Shown here: one piece after another, positions 1 to 7,414 of the stretch
Numbering within the stretch: position 1 is the first letter of the stretch
Layout: every line of letters begins with the position of its first letter
Assembly: GCA_029858565.1 (NCBI GenBank)
Contig: JAOUEV010000051.1
Span: 1 to 24,449, forward strand
DNA length: 24,449 nucleotides
DNA from: Nitrospirota bacterium
GTDB lineage: Bacteria; Nitrospirota; UBA9217
Direction of reading: 5' to 3'
Program-made: the position numbers and the translations under genes
The notes under the pieces: model-generated
What the model was told of the DNA's origin: nothing
The model's input: only the letters and a program-made list of their open reading frames with translations
Databases searched by the model: none

Positions 1-818
1 GCTGATCTCATGATCGACTGCCCCCATTCGAACAGGACCGTTCCGCTTTTCCAGGAAAAACAATCCAGCAATCGGTCATGGAGATAAGTCAGGTTCTCTT
101 CCTGGAAACGGCGGGGTGTCAGGCAGCCCATCTTGATGAAAATATCGCGGGGATCCTCCATGCCCGGCTTCCTTCGGTTCTCGTACTCCTGCAGTTCCGT
201 GGCATTGGCGATGTTCTTTCGGGCCAAATAGTTCCCAAAGTCGTCTTTTTCCTCCATCACCTCTACATCCGTGGCAGCTCCATCTAGGAAGAAGAACCTC
301 CTGCTCGAACCGTCCCGTTCCGCTGTCAAGATGCCCGTTCCGTGCTTAAGGAAGAGATAGAGCAGGACCTGTTCAAAAGGGCTTCGTTCCAAATCCCCTT
401 TGATAGGGGCAGGCTGCTGCGAGACCTGGCGCGCGGGCTCCGCGGGTCGCGCCTGCAGTGACGCGCTGATCAAGCTGTAGAGCATTTCCGAGGAAAAGGG
501 TTTGACCAGGAAATTGGTGAGGGTAAACTCCTTCTTGAGCCGGTCGATCTCCTCGGGATCGTTCACATACCCGCTCATCATGATGATGGGAACGTTTTTT
601 CCCTTGGCGCTCTCCCGGACCTTCCTGCAGACCTCATCCCCGTTCATCAGCGGGAGCCGAAGGTCGACGAGCAGGAGATCGTAGTTCCCCGAGGCAAAAT
701 AACGAAGGGCGTTCACGCCGTCAGGTGCAATGTGGGCGGTCATTCCCTTCTTTTGCAGATACTGGCCGATCAGATCGGCAAGCTGCTCGTTGTCTTCAAT
801 GATAAGGATGTTCGCCAT
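1..818 (-). CDS. Response regulator: N-terminal receiver domain plus DUF4388/PATAN-like domain; 3' end runs off the window
   Basis: Not in the ORF track because there is no stop inside the window. Manual translation from ATG 818: MANILIIEDNEQLADLIGQYLQKKG...YDLLLVDLRLPLMNGDEVC...PIIMMSG...FLVKPFS (receiver ED, D, S and KP motifs), then IKGDLERSPFEQVLLYLFLKHGTGIL...RRFFFLDG...CFSWKSGTVLFE (DUF4388-like pattern). Confidence 0.85.
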   Translation of the reverse strand, partial: MANILIIEDNEQLADLIGQYLQKKGMTAHIAPDGVNALRYFASGNYDLLLVDLRLPLMNGDEVCRKVRESAKGKNVPIIMMSGYVNDPEEIDRLKKEFTLTNFLVKPFSSEMLYSLISASLQARPAEPARQVSQQPAPIKGDLERSPFEQVLLYLFLKHGTGILTAERDGSSRRFFFLDGAATDVEVMEEKDDFGNYLARKNIANATELQEYENRRKPGMEDPRDIFIKMGCLTPRRFQEENLTYLHDRLLDCFSWKSGTVLFEWGQSIMRS

Positions 819-850
819 AATAGGCGCCGGTTTCAGCCGGCACTGTATCT

Positions 851-879
851 ATTATACAAATAAGCGGAAAAAGAGTCGA
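851..879 (-). promoter_or_regulatory. Putative sigma70 promoter of the response regulator
   Basis: Minus strand TCGACT-17 nt-TATAAT, about 30 nt upstream of ATG 818. Confidence 0.5.
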
Positions 880-930
880 GAGCTAAGACAGCTCAGGAGA
901 ATGGTTATCGTAACATGTCCGCGGGAGAGG

Positions 931-1896
931 TCACTTCTTTTTTCCCAGGACCAGAACAGTATCCCCAAGTCGTTTGGTCTTGATGCCTGAGCAACCGGCT
1001 TCCCTGAGCCATGAACCGATCTCCCGGGCTGTGTAAGAGCGTCCTTCGCTGGTGTTCACCACCATGTTCACCGAAAAAAGCGCGCCCGGGAGTGGGCCTG
1101 CGCGATCGTCATCAAGGGAAAATTCATGGACCGCGATCGTCCCGCCCGGCGCGAGTGCCTCGAACGTTTTAGCGAGAAGCGCACGATTCTCCAGGGGGCC
1201 ATGGGAATGGAGTATCTGGCTGAGCAGGACCAGGTCATAGGGGCCGCCGATATCGTCGAAATGGAAGTCTCCTCCGCGGAACGAGATCTTTTTCGCTCCT
1301 GCGGTCCGCACGATCTCGCGGGCCACGTCAATAGTATTGGGAAGGTCGAAGAGCGTGACCGCGATGCCTTTCTTTGCCAGGGCGATGCTGTACGTGCCCG
1401 GACCTCCCCCAAGGTCCAGCGCCTGTCGCACTCCGCGCAGATCGAGCGCAGAGATGACCTGCCGGACCCGGGGCAGAGCGTTATTATGCATGGCCCTGAT
1501 GAAGACATCGTGATCCCGCTCGCCGGTCCTGTTCGGCATCCCGGAACGTACCACCTCATCGAGCCCGGACCAGCTCTTCCAGAGGGTGTCCGCGTGTCGC
1601 AGCATGTCGCCTTGATAGGCCGGACTCCCGGGAAGGAGGAATTGTTTTGCAAGCGGGGTAAGGCTGTAGGTCACTTTTTGTTTTTTCAGCAAGCCCAGTG
1701 CTGCCAGAGCGTCGAGCAGTATCTCCGTGGCCCGGAGGTCGGTCCTGAGCACCGAAGCAAGGCCGGAAGCGGATGTTCCTGCTCCGACCTGCTCGAATAT
1801 CCGCAGATTGTTCGCGGTCAGGAGAACACGAGATGCGCGGAATCCTCCCCAAAGCTGTGCAAAAGCCGCAGCGGCATCGTGTTTTGCTCTTTTCAT
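931..1896 (-). CDS. SAM-dependent O-methyltransferase (Methyltransf_2 family with N-terminal dimerisation domain)
   Basis: LDLGGGPG SAM motif, LFDLP, GDF, YDLVLLSQILH; N-terminal LLDALAALGLL dimerisation helix; GGGAG RBS; ATGA overlap with the upstream gene. Confidence 0.9.
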   Translation of the reverse strand: MKRAKHDAAAAFAQLWGGFRASRVLLTANNLRIFEQVGAGTSASGLASVLRTDLRATEILLDALAALGLLKKQKVTYSLTPLAKQFLLPGSPAYQGDMLRHADTLWKSWSGLDEVVRSGMPNRTGERDHDVFIRAMHNNALPRVRQVISALDLRGVRQALDLGGGPGTYSIALAKKGIAVTLFDLPNTIDVAREIVRTAGAKKISFRGGDFHFDDIGGPYDLVLLSQILHSHGPLENRALLAKTFEALAPGGTIAVHEFSLDDDRAGPLPGALFSVNMVVNTSEGRSYTAREIGSWLREAGCSGIKTKRLGDTVLVLGKKK

Positions 1897-2300
1897 TGCT
1901 TCGCTCCCTTCAGTTGATCGTAGCAGGCCATGATTTGCTCAAGCGCAGCGGTAAGGGCGCGCGCTTGTTTTTGCGGTCCTGTGGACAGCTCAAGCAGCAA
2001 CGGACCGCAAAAGAACCAGGTGCACCTCCAGGCGCGCTGCCAGCGCGGTTTTGTGCATCCTGTTCGCCCGAGGAACTGGCATGCGTTGTCCAACGGCCAG
2101 GAAGGATCGTGGCTTGGCACTTCCTCTCCCAGCACGGCAAGATAGGCCCGGTCCGCTTCCGTGAACGCGCCGTGGCGCTGCTTGCAGCAGACCTCGGCAC
2201 AGTCCGGACAGACGCGGCTGGTATACTCTTCGATGAGCGGCGAGCACTCTATCAGCAGCCGTTTCAGCTCCTGGGCGATGGCAGGGGCGTTCTTGCTCAT
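1893..2300 (-). CDS. Cysteine-cluster protein (YkgJ/CxxCxxCC-like, putative Fe-S or Zn binding), 135 aa
   Basis: Start is likely ATG 2300 (ATGA overlap with the upstream stop). Motifs CPDCAEVCC...CQFLGRTGC...RAWRCTWFFC. The 271-aa ORF-track version has an implausible N-terminal extension that overlaps another gene. Confidence 0.75.
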   Translation of the reverse strand: MSKNAPAIAQELKRLLIECSPLIEEYTSRVCPDCAEVCCKQRHGAFTEADRAYLAVLGEEVPSHDPSWPLDNACQFLGRTGCTKPRWQRAWRCTWFFCGPLLLELSTGPQKQARALTAALEQIMACYDQLKGAKQ

Positions 2301-2581
2301 GGCGAGAGACGCTCCCCGCAGTGCCGGCACGTTGACGGCACGCAACAGGACCAGGAGAAAATCTCGAAGCCCAGGAATCTCCGCGGACGGAGCAGTACCG
2401 GCATGCGGCAGGCGGGGCAGCGAAAGAGGAATGCGGCGACAGCGTAAAGGATGGTGCTTACGGCAAGATATCCGATCAGTAGCAGTTCGCCGGCCTGAAA
2501 GCTCCAGACGCACCAGCCGATCAGGAAATAGACCGCGAGCCAGATGATCAGGATGCCGTTGTATCGGGAGCGTCTGTCCAT
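2297..2581 (-). CDS. Small membrane protein with two TM helices and a C-terminal zinc-ribbon (CPAC...CC...CRHC)
   Basis: Two hydrophobic segments, then paired CxxC motifs; stop overlaps the next ATG (ATGA); no clear RBS. Confidence 0.7.
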   Translation of the reverse strand: MDRRSRYNGILIIWLAVYFLIGWCVWSFQAGELLLIGYLAVSTILYAVAAFLFRCPACRMPVLLRPRRFLGFEIFSWSCCVPSTCRHCGERLSP

Positions 2582-2704
2582 AGGTGAGGGAAAAAGATAA
2601 TCGCTGACGGCAGGATACCGTAAGGAAGGAGGAAAAGCAAGATGAAGACAACGTTGTGAAGACAGTGTGAAACCGCTGGACCTTTCTGAGACCGGGAATA
2701 ATAG

Positions 2705-3478
2705 TCACTTCATTTTGTCATAGGCGATCAGGGCCGCACCCAGCGCGCCGGTGACCTGGGGATCAGACGGGATCTGGAGCCTGACACCGGTCTCCTGTTC
2801 GATCGCCCTTGCCACGCCCGCATTCTTCGCTACACCTCCGGTAAAGACCACATCCTTCTGGAGACCCACCTTTCCGGTCATGGCGAGTGTTCGTTTCGCG
2901 ACCGAGCGGAACACGCCGCGCAATACCACATCTACCGGCGTCCCGCTCTGGGTCAGGCCGATGATCTCAGATTCAGCGAACACGGCGCACATGGAGGAGA
3001 TCTCCCGCGCTTCCGAGGAGTTTTCCGTGAGCTGTCCCATGTTATCGAGCGGAACGTCGAGCATCAAGCCCACCATCTCGATGAACTTGCCCGTGCCTGC
3101 GGCGCAGCGGTCGTTCATCACGAAGTTCATGACCTTGCCGTTCCCGTCAACGCTGATCATCTTCGAGTCCTGGCCGCCGATGTCGATGACCGTGCGGGCC
3201 TGCGGGAACACGTAGGCGACCCCGCGAGCGTGGCAGAGGATCTCCGACGACACGGCGTCAGCTTCTCGGAAGTAGTTCCTGCCATAACCCGTTGCGATCA
3301 CTTTTACCACATCGGACCGCCTGGCGCCGGCCGCAAGCATAGCGTCGAAGAACGCTTTTTTCGCATTCTCCGCAGGCGCGGCGCCGCTTATTGCGGTGAT
3401 CGCCTCTACGATCTGGCCGCCGTCGTACAGCACGACCTCGATGGAACGGGAACCGATATCAACGCCGGCCGTCAGCAT
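2705..3478 (-). CDS. ATP-dependent [4Fe-4S] activator (HgdC/BadF-G/YjiL/DCCP-R type archerase)
   Basis: GVDIGSRS, ATGYGR, SEILCHARG, IDIGGQDSK, MNDRCAAGTGKF, SSMCAVFAESE, FTGGVAKN, GALGAAL. ATG 3478 follows an AGGAG RBS and is preferred over TTG 3493. Confidence 0.93.
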   Translation of the reverse strand: MLTAGVDIGSRSIEVVLYDGGQIVEAITAISGAAPAENAKKAFFDAMLAAGARRSDVVKVIATGYGRNYFREADAVSSEILCHARGVAYVFPQARTVIDIGGQDSKMISVDGNGKVMNFVMNDRCAAGTGKFIEMVGLMLDVPLDNMGQLTENSSEAREISSMCAVFAESEIIGLTQSGTPVDVVLRGVFRSVAKRTLAMTGKVGLQKDVVFTGGVAKNAGVARAIEQETGVRLQIPSDPQVTGALGAALIAYDKMK

Positions 3479-3492
3479 AAAACTCCTAAACA

Positions 3493-3569
3493 AGGATTGC
3501 AGGATCAGAGAATTATAGGATTAAAGGTAGCACCAACCCGAATCCTTACTCCTGTAATCCTTTAATCCC
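3493..3569. repeat. Intergenic imperfect palindrome built from 8-nt units (AGGATTNN) on both arms; REP-like
   Basis: Left arm AGGATTGC-AGGATCAG-AGAATTAT-AGGATTAA; the right arm reverse-complements to GGGATTAA-AGGATTAC-AGGAGTA-AGGATT. Confidence 0.6.
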
Positions 3570-3573
3570 GATT

Positions 3574-4671
3574 CTAAAGCATCTCTATCAGCGTCTGCAC
3601 TCGCACCTTGATCCGTTCGCGGTCCGAGTCCGAATAATCCGTCTCGACCTTCATGTACGGCATTCCGAGCTTCTCGCGCACGAACCGGTCGATCAGGAAC
3701 GATTCCACATTATAGGTATGGCATGCCTGCCATACCAGGTCGATGACCGCCTGCACCTTGAACTCCTTCGCGAGCTTTCCGATCAGCGCTTCGCGCCCCT
3801 TGTTCGGCGTCATGCAGGAGCAGGGGAGCTGGAAGTACTTTCGTGCGATGGCCTCGACAGGATCGCCGGTCTCATCGACCTGGATATCAAGGGGTTTCAT
3901 GCCCGAGCAGGTCTCCTGCACCACGACAACGGCTCCGCATTCCTCGATCACTTCGATCAGCTTGGTCGTGCCCTGGGCTGTTGGGCAGCCGGTGATCATG
4001 ATGCGGGGAGCGCCTTTCTTCGCAGCGAACTTGCCGTGCTTCTTCCGGTCCCGCGCCTCTGCCATGAATGCTTCGAGCATGCGCAGATGGACCGGGTCCC
4101 CGGCAACGCGGTAGCGAAGCTCAGCAAGCTCCATTCCGGTTACTATCGCCGGGTCCTCCTTGCCGAGCTCGAAGGCCGAGCGCAAAAGGCTCCGTTCGTG
4201 GTTCATGTCTTTGATCGCTTTCCGGAGGTCGTCGTCGGTTATGGTGCGGTTGAAAGTCTTTTCCAGCTTCTTCCGGAGCTTTCCGACCTCGGAAACCCAG
4301 TGGGAAAAAGCCTCTTGTTCCTCGAACTTCTGGGTCAATTCCAGAATATGGACCGGTTGCTTTTCAGCGAGGAGCTCGTACATCTTTTTCTTGCCGTCGC
4401 AGGTGGTCTCCGCCACCACGAGGTCCGCGACCATCAGGAAGGGACAGCGGTTCGTGACAATGTACCCGAAGGAGGACTTGATCAGGGGACAGAGGTTCGA
4501 AGGCAGCACGGTCTCGGCCGGCGGGATCGTCCGGTTGCTCGCTCCGCAGAGACAGACCGGCACCGCGTTCGCGGCCAGGATCAGCTCGCGAGGAGTGAAC
4601 TCACAGTAGATGCCCACAACGCCTTTACCCCGGCGCCTGGCGTCGCGCACCAGGTCCACCTCATGGTTCAT
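3574..4671 (-). CDS. Double-cubane [8Fe-9S] cluster protein (DCCP/YjiM-like, 2-hydroxyacyl-CoA dehydratase family); probably the C-terminal half of a Sec read-through fusion 6171->3574
   Basis: GIYCEFTP, VCLCG, NLCPLIKS, ETTCDGKKKMYE, ITGCP, ETCSG, PCSCMTPN, QACHTYNVES, VETDYS...RVQTLIEML. No Shine-Dalgarno before ATG 4671, and the frame stays open back to the UGA at 4747-4749. Confidence 0.88.
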   Translation of the reverse strand: MNHEVDLVRDARRRGKGVVGIYCEFTPRELILAANAVPVCLCGASNRTIPPAETVLPSNLCPLIKSSFGYIVTNRCPFLMVADLVVAETTCDGKKKMYELLAEKQPVHILELTQKFEEQEAFSHWVSEVGKLRKKLEKTFNRTITDDDLRKAIKDMNHERSLLRSAFELGKEDPAIVTGMELAELRYRVAGDPVHLRMLEAFMAEARDRKKHGKFAAKKGAPRIMITGCPTAQGTTKLIEVIEECGAVVVVQETCSGMKPLDIQVDETGDPVEAIARKYFQLPCSCMTPNKGREALIGKLAKEFKVQAVIDLVWQACHTYNVESFLIDRFVREKLGMPYMKVETDYSDSDRERIKVRVQTLIEML

Positions 4672-4720
4672 GGAATTGCGGAAGTGGTCCGCAGGTGAAT
4701 TGCATGTTACGCGGGGCAGT

Positions 4721-4749
4721 TCGCCGACCGGCGAGGAAACCGGCGTTCA
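4721..4749 (-). promoter_or_regulatory. In-frame UGA plus putative bacterial SECIS hairpin
   Basis: UGA-ACGCCGGUUUCC-UCGCC-GGUC-GGCGA: 12-nt spacer, 5-bp stem, GGUC loop. Confidence 0.7.
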
Positions 4750-6171
4750 GCCGGGTTTCCTGCGCTGCTTCAGCATGTCCATGAAACCCTCCATTCTGTT
4801 CACGACCTGTGCGCTCAAACGGCCCGGAGAGTAGGGCACATCAAAGGACAGGACCGGAATGTTCAATTCCTTTGACACTATTTCGGTGATGGCTTTTTCA
4901 TCGAATGCGCAATGACTGGCGCCGGAGATGCCCGAGATGATCACGCCTTCGGCACCGTACTTCTTCGCGCCTTCGACGATCCTGCGCGCCCGGAACCCGG
5001 CGGAACCTGTCATGGGATCGTCCATGCAGTTCTCGGCAACGGCATCGAAAGGATGTCTGTCAGTAGCGATCGGGAAAAAGGCGTGGCTGATCATGTATTC
5101 GGTGCCGGCAATGCACCCGCCCAGGTCCTCGAGCAGAGTGATGAGCGCGGCATCTGTCGGCGGAGTTGCCCAAAAGATCCGTAAGGGGTCAGGGGTCAGG
5201 GGTGAGGCGTTCAAGCTCAGGCGATGCTTCACCGTTGCAAGCAGGTCATCGAGCACGCAGACGGCTTCGTCCGGGTCGGAGCATGCATGGGGGGCGATGA
5301 ACTCGGCCAGGAGCATCTCAAGTCCGGGGAGGGGCGGCTGCTTTGCGCCGTACACGAGATCTCGCAGCTCCGACACCTTGCTCCGGATGATGTTGAATTT
5401 GTCGCGGCTCTGTTCGAGCATTGCGTCCGTGACCGGAATGCCGCTTACTTCCTCCAGCCGCTTTACCACACCCTTCAACTGGCCTGCCACGAAGTCTCGA
5501 CCGGACCGCTGGTAAGGAGAACCCCCGGGCGAATGCAGGAAGGCCTCCTTGATTATCGGCGATGTCGGCTCGAACCGGACCGCCATCTCCCACCAGTGCG
5601 TGGGGAAGCCTTCAGCCTCGATCAACTGCATGACCGCGGAAAAATCATCGCAGCAGGCGCCTACGCCTGCGATACAGAGGTCGGGCCGGGGGAAGTAGTC
5701 AAGGGTCTTCATGGCGCCGAGAGCTGCCCGGACAAAACAGAGCTCCTCGCCCGCGCCGAGCTTTGCAGCTTCATCGAGCAGGTGTGATTCCTCTGCAAAG
5801 CAGGGCGCCCACCAGAGCTCGTCAGCGTAAAAAGTGAGCGAATCAGGCACCGCATAGCTCAGCACCGGCACTGGTCCCAGGTCCTTCATGGCAGCAAATA
5901 TCTTCCAGCCCTTTTCCTTGGCAAGGAACAGGCGGTCCTTTTCGCTGAAGATAAAGGCCCAGAGACGCAGGGCTGCGAGCGAACTGTCGAACTTGAGCCG
6001 TCGCAGCAGAGTGTCGCCGCGGCAGGAGTACTCGTAGGGACTGAAGAGATAACGAACGCCTCCAGGCACGAGGCTGCGCAGGAACATGCAGCTGGCCCGG
6101 TACGCCTCGGGCACCTGCGGCATCCGCTCTTCCCATTCCATGACGGAGATCTTTTTTACGTCGTTGAACAT
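4747..6171 (-). CDS. 2-hydroxyacyl-CoA dehydratase/benzoyl-CoA reductase-family subunit (divergent); N-terminal half of the predicted 865-aa selenoprotein
   Basis: Family-like motifs AKEKGWKIF, ELCFVRA, GACCDDF, QLKGVVKRLEEVSGIPVTDAML, AKKYGAEGVI, SHCAFD, LNIPVLSFDVPYS...RMEGFMDML; ends in UGA in frame with the downstream DCCP. Confidence 0.82.
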   Translation of the reverse strand: MFNDVKKISVMEWEERMPQVPEAYRASCMFLRSLVPGGVRYLFSPYEYSCRGDTLLRRLKFDSSLAALRLWAFIFSEKDRLFLAKEKGWKIFAAMKDLGPVPVLSYAVPDSLTFYADELWWAPCFAEESHLLDEAAKLGAGEELCFVRAALGAMKTLDYFPRPDLCIAGVGACCDDFSAVMQLIEAEGFPTHWWEMAVRFEPTSPIIKEAFLHSPGGSPYQRSGRDFVAGQLKGVVKRLEEVSGIPVTDAMLEQSRDKFNIIRSKVSELRDLVYGAKQPPLPGLEMLLAEFIAPHACSDPDEAVCVLDDLLATVKHRLSLNASPLTPDPLRIFWATPPTDAALITLLEDLGGCIAGTEYMISHAFFPIATDRHPFDAVAENCMDDPMTGSAGFRARRIVEGAKKYGAEGVIISGISGASHCAFDEKAITEIVSKELNIPVLSFDVPYSPGRLSAQVVNRMEGFMDMLKQRRKPG

Positions 6172-6194
6172 AAGTCAGAACAGTGTCAAATTAG

Positions 6195-7298
6195 CTATTC
6201 CATCATTTCCACGAATGCGTCGATCCGGCTCAAAAGCCGTTCCCGTCCACCCTCTGCATAATCCGAATCGAACACCAGCACTGGCAGGTCAAAGTTCTTG
6301 CGCATGCGCTCCCGTTCTGCGTACCAGTGATCGCAGAACTTGAGGCATTTGACCACAAGGCCCGCGGGCTTACTATCCTTGATTGTTTCCGCGATGCGGT
6401 CGTAGACCGCGCGGTTTGGCCGTGAGCGTGCGCAGGGTGGTTGATGGAATGACCGAAGAGTCAGATTTTTCACGAGGTCATCCTGTGTCTCGTGAGGGGT
6501 TCCATTCTCGACAGCGCTTAGACCAGTGCAGTTAAGCGGCAGGACCGCATAGCCCCGAGCTTCCAGGTCTTCGAGCAGCACGGTATCTTCGTATGCAAGC
6601 GGACTGCCGGTCAGAAGAATGGTCTTCCTGCTCTCAAAGACCGGAGATTTTGCCAGCAAATCTTCGAAAAAGCCGGCCAGTCCCTGCGGACGGGCGACGA
6701 AGAAAAGGTGGAACATGCTGTGGAGATCCAGCGGCGATACTCGGCCGGATCGTGCGGCACGGGCAAGAACACCGGCCGCGGCATCACTGTCCCGCTGCCA
6801 GGTTGCCGCACGCGCAGGATCGAACCGAACGGCGTGGCGGATCTCGAGTTCCGCTGCGATCCGCTGTATCTGGTCAGCATAGTAATCAGCCGACGACCTC
6901 GTCCTGGTCGCCGGGAGCTGGACCGGGTGGACATTCTGACCAAGTGTTCCCGCGAGCGTGTCCATGCCCCTTCGCATGGCATCGCAGGTAAAAAGCCCGA
7001 TCCAGATATCTATTTTCCCATGGGGTCCGCGCTTCTTGCTCACATTGCCCAGCAGTGTCTTGACGAGGGGACAGATATCGGGTCGTACGATCCGCTCTCC
7101 GTCGCTTTCCGCGTCTGAGGATGCTCCGCAGATCACACGGATGGGACGCATTCCCAAACCAGCGATGACCGCGGCTGGGAACGCGTGACAGGTATGGCCA
7201 ACGATCTTGATGCCAGCGGTCCTGTCGCTCTGAATTGAATCCATCTCAGCAGTGAGGCGTGAATCGCAGGCAGTGCGGATTATTGTGGACCCTGTCAT
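6195..7298 (-). CDS. 2-hydroxyacyl-CoA dehydratase-family (HgdB/BcrC-like) subunit; N-terminus possibly encoded by 7295-7414 in another frame
   Basis: IVGHTCHAFP, DICPLVK, FTCDAMRR, LTGSP, LNCTG, PPCAR, LKFCDHW, LPVLVFDSDY...RIDAFVEM; no Shine-Dalgarno before ATG 7298. Confidence 0.85.
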   Translation of the reverse strand: MTGSTIIRTACDSRLTAEMDSIQSDRTAGIKIVGHTCHAFPAAVIAGLGMRPIRVICGASSDAESDGERIVRPDICPLVKTLLGNVSKKRGPHGKIDIWIGLFTCDAMRRGMDTLAGTLGQNVHPVQLPATRTRSSADYYADQIQRIAAELEIRHAVRFDPARAATWQRDSDAAAGVLARAARSGRVSPLDLHSMFHLFFVARPQGLAGFFEDLLAKSPVFESRKTILLTGSPLAYEDTVLLEDLEARGYAVLPLNCTGLSAVENGTPHETQDDLVKNLTLRSFHQPPCARSRPNRAVYDRIAETIKDSKPAGLVVKCLKFCDHWYAERERMRKNFDLPVLVFDSDYAEGGRERLLSRIDAFVEMME

Positions 7299-7414
7299 GT
7301 TATGAAGCTGCCGCCGAGGTCATCGTGTACGCGAAGGAATGCATGATCTCGGCGTTTCTCATGCATCCTGTGCAGGATCTCGCGGTGATCGATATGGTGC
7401 ACGTTGGGCATCAT
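7295..7414 (-). CDS. 39-codon His-rich ORF, or the frameshifted N-terminal part of the 6195-7298 gene
   Basis: MMPNVHHIDHREILHRMHEKRRDHAFLRVHDDLGGSFIT; ATGA overlaps at both ends; resembles the N-terminus of the 4747-6171 protein (V..I...E...RM, FLR, GG). Confidence 0.55.
   Translation of the reverse strand: MMPNVHHIDHREILHRMHEKRRDHAFLRVHDDLGGSFIT

Noticed and set aside
883-933. Read-through of the O-methyltransferase UGA
   Set aside because: The short extension (PLPRTCYDNHSPELS) has no motif and no clear SECIS.
2579-2707. The activator stop is a UGA in frame with the downstream membrane protein, with 41 open codons between them
   Set aside because: No convincing SECIS stem (a GGUC is present but its flanks barely pair), the linker is pyrimidine-rich and noncoding-like, and the activator ends at its normal family length. 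Plausibly chance.
2301-2708. N-terminal extension of the 271-aa ORF 1893-2708
   Set aside because: It overlaps the 2297-2581 gene on the same strand and has low-complexity Ser/Arg composition; ATG 2300 is the better start.
6172-6189. In-frame TTG-ACA-CTG-TTC-TGA-CTT just upstream of ATG 6171
   Set aside because: No good SECIS hairpin, and the paralog alignment supports Met 6171 as the start.
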